From NCBI GenBank assembly GCA_000004985.1, contig GG738855.1: a DNA stretch of 64,000 nt; one strand, 5' to 3'. This document shows positions 42,036 through 52,151 of the stretch, piece by piece (within the stretch, counting starts at the first letter, position 1; every line of letters begins with the position of its first letter). This DNA is from Naegleria gruberi. Its lineage: Eukaryota. The notes below the pieces were generated by a model. That model searched no databases, had not been told where the DNA came from, and saw nothing but the letters and a program-made list of their open reading frames with translations. Made by a program: the position numbers and the translations under genes.

Positions 42036-42977
42036 TTAATTCAAAGCTTCATAGACCAGTCTGTGTTGTTTAGTTTTGACTGCTTCGAATATAATAAACC
42101 CAACTCTTATCATTTTTAGGAGATCCAGGCCGAACAATACACCCAACATACCAGCAATTTCTCCCATCAATTCAGTCCAAGTTTTAGACTCGAATTCATT
42201 TCTAGTTGTAATGTCCAATTTACCATAACCAACAGAAACCACAACTGTTCCATCAGAATAGTTAATTAATTTTACAGAAGACTTCACTGCCTTATAGAGT
42301 GTGTTATCAGTTCTATACTCGACTGATGTCTTTAATCTCTTAATGTTCTCTAAAGAGAGAGTGAAAAAGTTATCATCTCCAACTGATGCAAAATTGAACT
42401 TGGCATGGTCATTATCGACAGAAACACCTTCATCATAAGTATTGAAAAATACATAAAGACCAGCTCTTTTAAGACTATTAATCTTTGAGAAATCATCAAG
42501 TGTAAACTCAAAAGCAATTGATCCACCATATCCACTTTGATTTGATTTGTATTTTGATTTTCCATCTCCATTAAATGTAAAACACTGATACGTGTAGACA
42601 GTACCTGCCTGTGTTACTGTAATTTTTGATGATGAAAGAGTTTCAGTGCAACTCCCTCCAGGAATTGTGCATCCAGTAAAACTTAGTGCTGTATCTGGTA
42701 TTGATGAACAAAATGTTGTCTTGGGAAAGTTCAATGATGAATAAGAAGTGACATCCACTGATACTGGAGGATGGGTCTGAAGATAAGAGTAGCCAGATAT
42801 AACACTCCACATATAAACTCCCAACATTGCAATACTTCCTAGCCATCCGAAAATTACAAGAAATTCTCCATAAGTGTATCCATATTTCTTCTCAAGCTCA
42901 TCTCTTGCTCCTTCTCCACTTCCATCATCGGAATCTTCTTCTGCTCCTAAAACATCAACAGGTTGATCGGTGGTCAT
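42036..42977 (-). CDS. Compact two-TM membrane protein with ENaC/degenerin-like motifs (paralogue 2)
   Basis: ATG at 42977. Acidic N-terminus. TM1 (FLVIFGWLGSIAMLGVYMW) ..SLNFPKTTFCS.. Cys-rich ectodomain ..ELMGEIAGMLGVLFGLDLLKM.. TM2. Same architecture as, and clear paralogy with, 40949..41911. Confidence 0.45.
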   Translation of the reverse strand: MTTDQPVDVLGAEEDSDDGSGEGARDELEKKYGYTYGEFLVIFGWLGSIAMLGVYMWSVISGYSYLQTHPPVSVDVTSYSSLNFPKTTFCSSIPDTALSFTGCTIPGGSCTETLSSSKITVTQAGTVYTYQCFTFNGDGKSKYKSNQSGYGGSIAFEFTLDDFSKINSLKRAGLYVFFNTYDEGVSVDNDHAKFNFASVGDDNFFTLSLENIKRLKTSVEYRTDNTLYKAVKSSVKLINYSDGTVVVSVGYGKLDITTRNEFESKTWTELMGEIAGMLGVLFGLDLLKMIRVGFIIFEAVKTKQHRLVYEALN

Positions 42978-43282
42978 TCTCTATTTCTTCTCTATGTATC
43001 CCTTAATGATGAAAATTTATTAATTTTTTTGAATATGAACTTGTTATTCCCGCGCATTGTACTCTGGAGACATTATTGTAGTGCGATTGATCAGAATGGC
43101 TTGAGGGTTTTGAGGTGAAAGAATGGAAATTGAGCTCCAACTAAGAATAAGTTCCCATTTCAAATAATTGTCAATGGCTCAATGGATTGTTGAGCTTGTA
43201 TGTCAAATTATCACTGTGGCAAAGATTAGACCAAAGAATTCAAGTTTGGTTGCTATGTTTGTCTAAACTTATTGTACTCTAA

Positions 43283-43972
43283 ATGTTTGGTGAAGGAAGA
43301 AAAGAAAAAATGTCATCAAGCAACAACACTCATTCATCATCATCTTCCCTTCTCTTGGATATTGAAGACAATTTGAACAAAAAGAAAGAAAATTCAAATC
43401 CTATTAGTAAACCATCCTTTCTCAAATTATCACAGCAACAAGATGGCACAAATGAAGGAATGCCTAGATTTGCTCCTTCCGAGCTCTTGTCCAGACTACA
43501 AAGCTTTTTACCACAAATTAAAGAAGCAAACGAAAAGCTAGAAAGTGGTGAAGTTGAAGGCTTTTCGGATTGTGTTGAAATTATTGAGAATGATGATGAG
43601 GAGGAACAAGATGGTGCTCAACTTCAAGAGGAAAATTATAATGATGAAGAAGAATCCGAACATAAACCCTATGTGGAGATGAATGTAGTATTGGGAGTAT
43701 TAGAACAAAAACAAAAAACAAGCCTAATTACAGATATAGATGGACCAACAGAGGATGAACAAAAATTGGAAGAAAAAGATGAAGTTGTAAATTTGAGAAT
43801 TGGAAAGGATTTTACTCCACAAGAAAGCAAAAATATTGAACAGGATATGGTGGCATATATGAATATTATGAATTCTCTTCTCGGTTCTTCATCAGCATTG
43901 AAAAGAAAACGAGTAGAGGACAACAGTGATAGTGGCAGTAGTGGTGATAGTAGTGACAGTGATCAAGATTAG
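43283..43972 (+). CDS. Acidic hypothetical protein (229 aa) with S-rich ends
   Basis: Track ORF; ATG at 43283 or an internal Met. Conserved-looking segment FAPSELLSRLQSFLPQIKEANEKLESGE is followed by D/E-rich tracts and a C-terminal SSGDSSDSDQD. Its 3' end overlaps the convergent TPR gene by 4 nt. Confidence 0.4.
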   Translation: MFGEGRKEKMSSSNNTHSSSSSLLLDIEDNLNKKKENSNPISKPSFLKLSQQQDGTNEGMPRFAPSELLSRLQSFLPQIKEANEKLESGEVEGFSDCVEIIENDDEEEQDGAQLQEENYNDEEESEHKPYVEMNVVLGVLEQKQKTSLITDIDGPTEDEQKLEEKDEVVNLRIGKDFTPQESKNIEQDMVAYMNIMNSLLGSSSALKRKRVEDNSDSGSSGDSSDSDQD

Positions 43973-45408
43973 AACATTACATTTGCTACATATTTACGTT
44001 TCAAGTATTCAGCCATGGTTCTATCCTCTTTTGCTAATTCTGTTTGACCCAATGCCTCATAGGCTTCGCATCTATCTCTGAAAGCAGGGAAGAAGGTATT
44101 ATCAATATTAATTGCTTCAGTATTGTCATTTACACATTTCCAATACTCCTTCTTTCTGAAATATGACAGACCTCTCTTATTAAGTGCATTGACCTTGTAT
44201 TGTTTCAATATTTGTGCATTTGCTGGATTCTTCTTTAAACAAGTGTCAATATATTCCATACAGTATGCGAAATGAGAACGTGCCATTTCATGATCCTCAT
44301 ACTTTGTGTAAGCAATACCTAATTTCACCAAAATATCCACATAAACTGCATTAAAATCAATATTATTTCCTTTGGCAACACAATCCTTCACAAATAAATT
44401 AAAGTGATCAATAAATCTATTGTAGAATGAAAGAGCAACTTGATCATTACCCAATTTTGAGTGACAATCACCAGCATTCATCTCTGCATGGTATTCAGTT
44501 GGATCTATCTTTAAGATCTTATCATAACAACTGACTGCCTCTTTCAGATAATTTTCTCTTTCTTCAACTCGTGTGATTGGCAAAATTTTGGATAATTCTT
44601 CCAAAAAGATACCCTTAGCATAGAGTAGTCCACAATGTGTGTCGTCCTTTTCAATTGCTCCAGAAACGAGCTTGATTCCCTCCTTCAACATGTCAGTTTT
44701 TTGACTGAGGTCATACCTCTTATCTTGTGAAATTGATAACAAGTTGTAAGATAATTTTTCAATAATAGTTGAGGCCAAAACCGATCTATTTTCACACAAT
44801 TCCAAAGATTTTTCGAGAATTTGATTGGCTTCATTAATATTTCCAGTAGCTACATAACAATCATGTAAATTTACACAAATGTCAGAAATTTCATATTTTG
44901 TCAAAGATTCAGTTGGGATCTTTTCACATTGTTCCAGGTAGAATGATCTTAATTCCTCAAATAATGGCTTTGATTTTTCATATTCTCCCAAAGAAAAGAA
45001 CATTGTGCCAAGAAGTTCTTTCAGCTTGTAAATACTGACTTGGTAATGTTCATCACTTTCATCAATTTCTTCCGAAAAAGTAACAATTTTCTTTTCCAAA
45101 TACTTGATGGCATCCTTGTTATCTAAAACCCAAAATTCCTCTGCATTCTTAGCAGCATCACTAATCTTTTTCGAAAGTATTGATTCGTGAAATGGTGCCT
45201 GTATGAGGTGTGATGGTTTTTCTGGTTTTAAATTTGGATTTGTATCGATGGCCTTGTTGGACAAACCTGGCTTTTGATTTAATACCACACCACCATGATG
45301 AAGTGAGAAAGTTTTCAATTGTACTCTAGTATTTCCGAAAAATGTCAATGATGAAGAAGTTTTATAAAGACGATTGAGTCTGAGAATGCTTTGTCCAATC
45401 TTTTTCAT
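43969..45408 (-). CDS. Tetratricopeptide-repeat (TPR) protein with N-terminal presequence-like region
   Basis: True ATG about 45408 (MKKIGQSILRLNRLYKTSSSLTFF..); the track start at 45420 is a TTG. Multiple TPR-like helix pairs (..YHAEMNAGDCHSKLGNDQVALSFYNRFIDH.., ..FPAFRDRCEAYEALGQTELAKEDR..). Confidence 0.55.
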   Translation of the reverse strand: MKKIGQSILRLNRLYKTSSSLTFFGNTRVQLKTFSLHHGGVVLNQKPGLSNKAIDTNPNLKPEKPSHLIQAPFHESILSKKISDAAKNAEEFWVLDNKDAIKYLEKKIVTFSEEIDESDEHYQVSIYKLKELLGTMFFSLGEYEKSKPLFEELRSFYLEQCEKIPTESLTKYEISDICVNLHDCYVATGNINEANQILEKSLELCENRSVLASTIIEKLSYNLLSISQDKRYDLSQKTDMLKEGIKLVSGAIEKDDTHCGLLYAKGIFLEELSKILPITRVEERENYLKEAVSCYDKILKIDPTEYHAEMNAGDCHSKLGNDQVALSFYNRFIDHFNLFVKDCVAKGNNIDFNAVYVDILVKLGIAYTKYEDHEMARSHFAYCMEYIDTCLKKNPANAQILKQYKVNALNKRGLSYFRKKEYWKCVNDNTEAINIDNTFFPAFRDRCEAYEALGQTELAKEDRTMAEYLKRKYVANVMF

Positions 45409-45465
45409 TTTTTCTTTCAATTTTAATATTAAATAATTTATGATGAATACGAAATTATTAAAAAA

Positions 45466-46650
45466 ATGTCCTTTCTCTCATCACAATATCAACCAACATC
45501 TGATAATAATTCATCGGCATCAAGCCGATCATCAATTTCCATGTTTCAGCCAACATTCTTTGAAATAATGACACAGGAAAGAATGATTTCTGGATTAAAA
45601 TCAGCGCTCCGATACATCTTGTCAATGGCTGCACAACGCAATTTTAGATATTTGAACATTTTGAAATATTATGATGAATTATTTGGAATACTTCAACTTG
45701 TGATCGAGAGACATTTTCTCTCAAATTTTGACTCTTCTTTTGCCGAGCATTTATTTGGATTGAAACGAGTGGATGCAAATCAATTTACACCTGATAATCA
45801 ATCAAAACCTTCATTTCTTACCAGCAAACAGAGAGCACAAAGTCTTGCATATCTTGTCTTTGTTCCTTATATAAAGGATAAATTGGAAAATTTATATGTT
45901 GATTTGAGAAGAGAGCATGCCTTGTCAGATATTAGAAATTCTACAGAATTGGATAATTCAATTATTCCTTCGGAAATGCTGCAAGAGGAGTCAAGTAATA
46001 TGGGATATCATAGATTTTCAAAAATTGTTAGGACATACTTTATGAAATTATGGCCATATATTAGTACTGCCTATGAGGGCTCTCATTTCTTTTTCATGTT
46101 CCTCTATCTGTTAAAGAGAGATTTCAAATATCATAATCCTTTCATGTATTTGATTGGACTATGTCTTAAGAGATTATCACCATCAGAACATGTACAACAT
46201 TTGAGTGCTATGAATATCAAGAGAAATAATCTCATTGAATCTTTCAAAAAATTGGGGGGAAATTTATTTGGATCTCTTTTTGGTTACATTATCAAATTTT
46301 TATACTCAATTTCTGATTACTCAACTCATTTACTCTTAGCAATAGCCTTCCTTTTCAAATTCTTTGAATGGTATTTCAATAATGAATCATCACTTCTCAC
46401 AAAGGGAAATATCATCATTCCACCTCCACCTTCACAACCAGAGAGAACTCCAGGAGGTCTAGAAATACCAACAAACCCAAGATTATGTCCATTGTGTAAG
46501 AAGGAAAGAAGAAATGCCACTTTATTGACAGTTTCTGGCTTTGTATTCTGTTACAAGTGTATTCAAAATCATTTGATAAGTCATTCAACCTGTCCAATCA
46601 CACTCTCTCCCTGTAACAAATCACATCTTGTAAAGATATTTGAAAATTAG
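45466..46650 (+). CDS. PEX12: Peroxisome assembly protein 12 (Pex12 family, degenerate C-terminal RING)
   Basis: The C-terminus NPRLCPLCKKERRNATLLTVSGFVFCYKCIQNHLISHSTCPITLSPC matches the Pex12 zinc-binding motif (CPLC..R.N.T.L..SG.VFCY.C......H..CPIT), and the N-terminal region has the Pex2/10/12 architecture. Intronless; the start coordinate is taken from the track. Confidence 0.8.
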   Translation: MSFLSSQYQPTSDNNSSASSRSSISMFQPTFFEIMTQERMISGLKSALRYILSMAAQRNFRYLNILKYYDELFGILQLVIERHFLSNFDSSFAEHLFGLKRVDANQFTPDNQSKPSFLTSKQRAQSLAYLVFVPYIKDKLENLYVDLRREHALSDIRNSTELDNSIIPSEMLQEESSNMGYHRFSKIVRTYFMKLWPYISTAYEGSHFFFMFLYLLKRDFKYHNPFMYLIGLCLKRLSPSEHVQHLSAMNIKRNNLIESFKKLGGNLFGSLFGYIIKFLYSISDYSTHLLLAIAFLFKFFEWYFNNESSLLTKGNIIIPPPPSQPERTPGGLEIPTNPRLCPLCKKERRNATLLTVSGFVFCYKCIQNHLISHSTCPITLSPCNKSHLVKIFEN

Positions 46651-46788
46651 TACTAACTGAAATAACAGTCTAGGAGCTATCTGTTACTACTCAACAAAAA
46701 TAGTTTCCCGCCAATCAGAGTACAAATTTCAAATCAAAAAAAAATTCAACTTTGGATTTTTAATCTCCATTATACTGCACTGTTGTAT

Positions 46789-47787
46789 TATGAGCTGCTA
46801 TTTTAAACCTATTGGTGATGCTAAGGTAGGTTGGGAATATATTGTATGATGATGATGGTCTAATTATTCTTTTGTTTTAATTTAAATCAAAATAACAACA
46901 ATAGATTTTGGAGAAGAAGGCACCATCAAGTGTTTGTTTTAAAGATGTAAGATCATCACTGGATACAGGAAAAGTAAAAAAGAAGGATGATTCAGGTAAG
47001 TTCAAAGATCTTGAATGTTTCCGAACATTACTTTCCTAACAACAGGCGATTCTAAATTATTTAAAAAAGTTGAAAACTTTAAGAGAATGAAAGGAACTGA
47101 ATTAATGAAACTCATTCTTCTCAAATTAAATTCGCAAAATAACACCTCACAAACAGAGCCTCTAGAACATGCTCCACCATCACCAAGTGGATCAAAAAGC
47201 TTGTATTCATCTATGGCTTCTTGCACATTCTCTGAAGCCAAATTAGCAGTGCATCAATCTGATCCAATCCTTGTAAAAACCAGATTGAAGGAAGATGTTC
47301 ATGATGTGGATAATATGGTACTCTTATTGGATGTTAGAGATACAGATGAATATTCAGTATGTCACATCCAGACAGCTTATAGATATCCAGCTGCTACAGT
47401 GAATAGAACTGTTAATCCATTTACACCTGAAATGCTTTCTTTTGTAAGTGTTTAAATCTTTAAAATTGGAACCTTATTGGAATTATTAAGAAAAATCATC
47501 CTCTCAAAAAAATTGTAATATATGACAGGGACGAAAAGATTGCTTGTCCTGCTGCCAACCTTCTCTTTGAAAAGGGTTTTGATAATATTGTAGTTCTTAG
47601 TGGAGGCTTACAAGAATTCTTCCAAAAACACCCAGAGCTCATTGTTGGAGAAGTGCCAAAGGAATGGTATCCTCCTGTTCTAAAGAAGAAAACAAGACCT
47701 CCTTCTGTCGCTAGCTTGAACTCAACAAAGAAGGCTTCGATTACAAAAGAGAAGACGAAATCAACAGGACCAAAACCATTCAAGTAA
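46789..47787 (+). CDS. CEP41: Centrosomal protein CEP41-like (rhodanese domain), 4 exons
   Basis: Exons about 46789-46824 ([12 protein letters not shown]), 46905-46995, 47046-47443 and 47491-47787, all with GT..AG boundaries and consistent phases. The product contains ..[25 protein letters not shown].. and the rhodanese core [41 protein letters not shown]|[49 protein letters not shown]. This is close to human CEP41 ([68 protein letters not shown]). Confidence 0.8.
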
Positions 47788-48006
47788 TTTAGAGGCAGTT
47801 TTTGTCAAGCAAAGACTTCAATTTGTGCATTAAATTCGCAGCGATGTTAACTCGTGTAACATCATTGATAAATACCAACAACAAGAACACGAATAAATTT
47901 TAAATTATGTTTTATTGTTTGATGATGATTAGGAAAAGGTGTTGGGTGGTAGAGAGGGAAAATTGAGAGTGAGTAAATAATCTGAGATTATTAAACATTG
48001 AAATGT

Positions 48007-48351
48007 TTAGAAACCGTGGACTTTAAGAGATTCCTTGGTGACAATACCTTCTTCGAGCAAAAATTCAGAAATATTGCCTCGTTGATCTCCAGAAACTTGG
48101 ATAACTTTACCTGCCTTTTCATCTTCTACTATTGTTCCGTTGCAACAGAATTTATGCTTGACACCACTGATGAATTTCTTAAACTTGAAATTACGAGGCA
48201 ATCCTTCAACAATAGTAACACATTTTCTACCGTTACGCTTTTGGACTCTGATGTGAACGAAGTTTTGTTCAGTAACAGTGGTTGAAAGTTGGTTGTTGTC
48301 TGCGGAATCTCTGAAAGGATCGAATGTTTGGAAGTTTTGAATTTCAGACAT
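48007..48351 (-). CDS. Translation initiation factor eIF1 / SUI1
   Basis: ATG at 48351 (MSEIQNFQTFDPFRDSAD..). The SUI1 fold reads ..HIRVQKRNGRKCVTIVEGLPRNFKFKKFISGVKHKFCCNGTIVEDEKAGKVIQVSGDQRGNISEFLLEEGI.. 113 aa, intronless. Confidence 0.85.
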   Translation of the reverse strand: MSEIQNFQTFDPFRDSADNNQLSTTVTEQNFVHIRVQKRNGRKCVTIVEGLPRNFKFKKFISGVKHKFCCNGTIVEDEKAGKVIQVSGDQRGNISEFLLEEGIVTKESLKVHGF

Positions 48352-48513
48352 GATGATGCGATGCAATATTTTTTTGTGTTTTTTATTTAAAAAAATAATA
48401 TTACTTGTTTTTTATTGATGATTATTTTTAGTTTGACAAAGTCCATTTGAAATTTGTTATGCTCTGTTTACAATTCAAATTAAAGATGTAAGCCGATTCT
48501 AAAATATTAGCAT

Positions 48514-49152
48514 CTATTGACTGGTTGAAGTACCATTCTTATTTTCAATATCTTTTTTAATGTAAGAGAAATTAGCTTCGAGCTCTCTTTCCAATTCTTG
48601 TTCCTTCTCTTCACTCTTTTTAATCTTGTCATTGAACTTTTTAACCTTGGCTTCCAAATTCTTCCTCTTTACAGCCCAAATCAATAAACAAACAGAAATA
48701 AACAGAACACCAAATGCACGAATACCTCTATAAATAACCTTCTTTAACATGACTTCTGCATCCTTACGGGATTCCAATTCTTTTTGTAACATTTCTCTCT
48801 TTTGTTTCAGACTTTCGGCAGAGTCCATGATGAGAGAAGCTGTCGATTGCAAATTAAAAACATTTTCTGATGTTGTTGATTGTTCTGATGAGGTATTGGT
48901 TTGTTGTTCGTTGGTTGTTGTGGTAGGTTCTTGGGCTGGTGAATTTTCTACCACTGGTTCCGATAATGTTGAGGTTTTTTCTTCTTTACTTTCTGATTGT
49001 TCTGATGAGGTATTTGTTGTTGTTGTATTATTGGATAATAATCTATTAGAAAATTGAGTGGAAAAACATCTTGATGAGAAGGTAGTGGCCAATCTTTGGT
49101 TATATCCTGTTGGCAATCGGAGTAATTGTTTGGTAAATTGTCGTGATAACAT
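48514..49152 (-). CDS. Hypothetical mitochondrial-type single-pass membrane coiled-coil protein
   Basis: N-terminus MLSRQFTKQLLRLPTGYNQRLATTFSSRCFSTQF is presequence-like. A T/S/Q-rich linker is followed by one TM (GIRAFGVLFISVCLLIWAV) and a charged coiled-coil tail. Confidence 0.4.
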   Translation of the reverse strand: MLSRQFTKQLLRLPTGYNQRLATTFSSRCFSTQFSNRLLSNNTTTTNTSSEQSESKEEKTSTLSEPVVENSPAQEPTTTTNEQQTNTSSEQSTTSENVFNLQSTASLIMDSAESLKQKREMLQKELESRKDAEVMLKKVIYRGIRAFGVLFISVCLLIWAVKRKNLEAKVKKFNDKIKKSEEKEQELERELEANFSYIKKDIENKNGTSTSQ

Positions 49153-49248
49153 TTTTTTGTTGTGAATTTAAAAATTGAAAATTATTACACAAGTACCTGC
49201 AAGGTAAATTGAAAATCTAAATCATTTCTTTAGGGTTTTATGGTACAA

Positions 49249-50123
49249 TTAATGAGAGAGTAAATTCAAACGATCTTTCCATGCTGTATCTGCCGAGTGG
49301 AAGGTAATAATTCTCTTTTCGTCTTGCTCATCTGCCACTTCAGAGTTCATGTCTGTATCGACTGGTTCGAAAATAATACAGAGAATGTGACATTTGGTTG
49401 TGTCTGACATGGCATCTTTGATGATAGTGTGATGTGGTTGCTTCATCACATCTTCTTCCAATAATCTATTTCCCCATTCAATGAGCGAAATTCCACTTGA
49501 AAAAACAGATGGTAAATCCAATCTATCAAATCGTTCCAATCTATAGAGGTCAATATGATGAATAGGACTATTAAATTATTATATTTGTTAAATTAAAATT
49601 CATTGTAATAATACGAAACTTACACTTTCTTGCTCGTCATTTTGGATTCGTAAATATTATCTAGCAAAAATGTTGGTGATGGAACATTGAGATTCATATC
49701 CTTTTCCAATACTCTGATAACGTGTCTTGCAAAAACAGATTTTCCACTTCCCATATCACCAATTAATAAGACAACATCTGTAGATTCCAACATGGATGAA
49801 AATCTTTCGGCCAAATTTCTAGTTTCTTCAACTGAATTGACAACAAAAGTTGCTTCAAAATAGGTGGGAGTGACCTGGGATGGTATTTCTCTAGCCGAAT
49901 ATTTATAATCATCCATTTTCTGTTGCTTTTTCAACTCTGGCCCATTTAAACAAGAGTGAGTACTGAATGTTCTTTCTCCGATGAATTTTGTAGATTGATT
50001 CCAATTAGTGGTAGTCCAGTTGGCCGCACTTCCAAGTATAAACTTTCCATTGTTTTTGGTGATGGATTGAATTTGATGGATGAGATTGATACTTCTTCTT
50101 CTGCTGCTGTTGCTCGATAACAT
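49249..50123 (-). CDS. TsaE/YjeE-like P-loop ATPase (bacterial t6A-biosynthesis accessory protein family) with N-terminal extension, 2 exons (50123-49624, 49567-49249)
   Basis: ATG at 50123 (MLSSNSSRRRSINLIHQ..). Walker A VVLLIGDMGSGKSVFARHVIRVL, then ..NVPSPTFLLDNIYE... A 56-nt intron (GTAAGTTTCG...TTTAATAG) joins to PIHHIDLYRLERFDRLDLPSVFSSGISLIEWGN... This matches the TsaE motif order (G.GKT / PTF.L...Y / .HFDLYRL...E...L / ..IEW). Junction phase verified. Confidence 0.6.
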
Positions 50124-50477
50124 ATTGATTAATGGACAATAGAAGTCTACTACTGTGTGTGTTAATCAAAAATGAAGCTTTGAGGCAAGTTAAAGTTGTG
50201 TGATGATATTTTTTTTTTGTATGAAAGAAGGGTTTGATTCTGATCTTGTTTGTGTGGCTTAGAGTCTATTTATACAATGAAGCCGAAAATAGGAAGTATT
50301 ATTCAAGAATGTACTTGATAAATGACTACTTTAAATAATTTGATTTTACAATGCAAAGTATCATCTACAGAGAGTTTCTATTAAAAGTCAACTCTTGTCG
50401 AACTAAAGTATTTATCCTGTAGAACACAATGATGGAAATTAGTCATCTCCTTGTTCAGGAATAAGTATTTATTAAGC

Positions 50478-51865
50478 TTACTTTTCATAAATTCTATGCA
50501 AATAAATGGTTAGTGGTTCATATTGATCAGTGGCTTCTTCAATGTCAAAACAGTAAGCTTTTGGATATTTTGGTGGTTCTTTTGAAGAGATAGATAGTCC
50601 CTCTGATTCGGCCTCTACTCTTGATATTCCACAAAATGTTTGAAGAGATTCAACAAGGGATGTTGCATTTTCACTCAAAGGATACTCAATTGAATCATTT
50701 TCTGCCTTCTTTCTCCTTTCGTTTGTATAAATTGCTTGTTGATGAAAGGAAAAAATGTTTTCTTTAGTTTCTGATAAGGCAACATCTATTTTGATTCCAC
50801 TCCATTCAGTATCATACTCCTCTGAATCAAATCTATTATCCCTTATTGTAAAGTAGTGTAAATTATCCTTATTGGGAGTATCACATGATTGTCTCATCAT
50901 TTTCTTGAGGAGATCAATAGGAGAACGGTCAATTTGAATTTTCATTGAACGATTGCCAGAGAGAGAACCATCCCAACTACGTAATTGACCCTTCTTGATT
51001 TGTACTGGCTTGTTTGGTTTAACCTTGAGTTTCCAACTCAAAATCATTTCATCTGAATTACCTCCAGGATATCGACTGAATAAAAATTAATAAACTCATT
51101 GAATTAAGAAACATACTCTAGTGCCATGAATAGAATACTGATTGATAGTGAGCAATTCTTCTTGTACTCTTCAACAACAGATGGTAGATTTGAGGTTAGG
51201 TGAACACTAAATCTAGGATCCACCTTCTTACTTCTCATCACTTGTACAAACTCATTTCTATTCATCATATCACAAATGCACGAGTTAAACTTTCCATACA
51301 TTCTAGAATTCAACACTGCCAAATTTGCAAATGATTCAGCATTGAGAAACTTTGAAATTTCATAAATCAAATCATTGGTAAACTCTTCCAATGCACTTGT
51401 TCGTGTGAGTGTTGAGCTTGACATTTTAATCTTTTTAGAAAGATTTTCCTCTTCATCAATTGTAATTTCCAAACTTCTCTTCTTCTCTTGTTTTAACAAT
51501 TCCTCAATTCTTTTCTTATCATTGGCTTTTAATTTTTTTAATCCGTGTATTTCGTGATTCTTCAATTTTTCAACCAAATCATCATCTTTGATATATTCTA
51601 AATTAAATATTATTTGTTATTGATGATGATGGTGGTGTGTGATTATAAAGTATTTACCTTCAAAATTGTACCATTCTGGATAATTTCCACCAAAACTATC
51701 AACCTCTGATCTGACAATCTTTCCAATCCTAAGAACACTTTGTGGAATATTCTTGCCAGTCAACTTGCATTTTGATCGGCTTGATTTACTGTACTCGATC
51801 ATATAATCACCTAGTGGTGGAAATTCAGGCATTTTTTCTTGTGTTTTCTTTCTGTTTGCAAACAT
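50478..51865 (-). CDS. Hypothetical protein with degenerate PARP-type zinc-finger-like N-terminus and F-box-like segment, 3 exons (51865-51658, 51597-51117, 51075-50478)
   Basis: ATG at 51865. Exon 1 reads ..YMIEYSKSSRSKCKLTGKNIPQSVLRIGKIVRSEVDSFGGNYPEWYNFE, matching the zf-PARP pattern (..Y.KS.R..C..C...I.K..LR......S..FDG....WYH..C) but with the second Cys and the H..C pair replaced. Introns of 59 and 41 nt (GTAAAT..TTTAG; GTATGT..ATTCAG) join in frame to ..EYIKDDDLVEKLKNH.. and ..DRYPGGNSDEMILSWKLK... Total about 428 aa. Confidence 0.45.
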
Positions 51866-52151
51866 TTCTGGTTTTTATCTGTGGCCACTGGATGGTTGTT
51901 TGGAAGTAAAAGAATAGAAATTGTAAACTAATGAAAAGTGCGCGCAACGGGATGTGTTTGTGTTGTTTCTGCGAGTCAATTTTGTAAAACTCATGCTGGG
52001 GTTGAATTTATTTTGATACAATGTTATTGAAAAAGCTGACAAACAAACCTTATTGGAATATTTCACACACCACAAAAGAAAATTAGGAATCACAAATTGA
52101 TAAGGACCTTAACGATTCTTACTATACGCACATCAATAGTGAAAACAATAT

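Noticed and set aside
51617-51865. C-terminal poly-His (..THHHHHQ*) on the zf-PARP-like ORF and a separate ORF 51104..51577
   Set aside because: The His run is read-through into an intron (donor GTAAAT after WYNFE). The two track ORFs are exons of one gene joined in frame.
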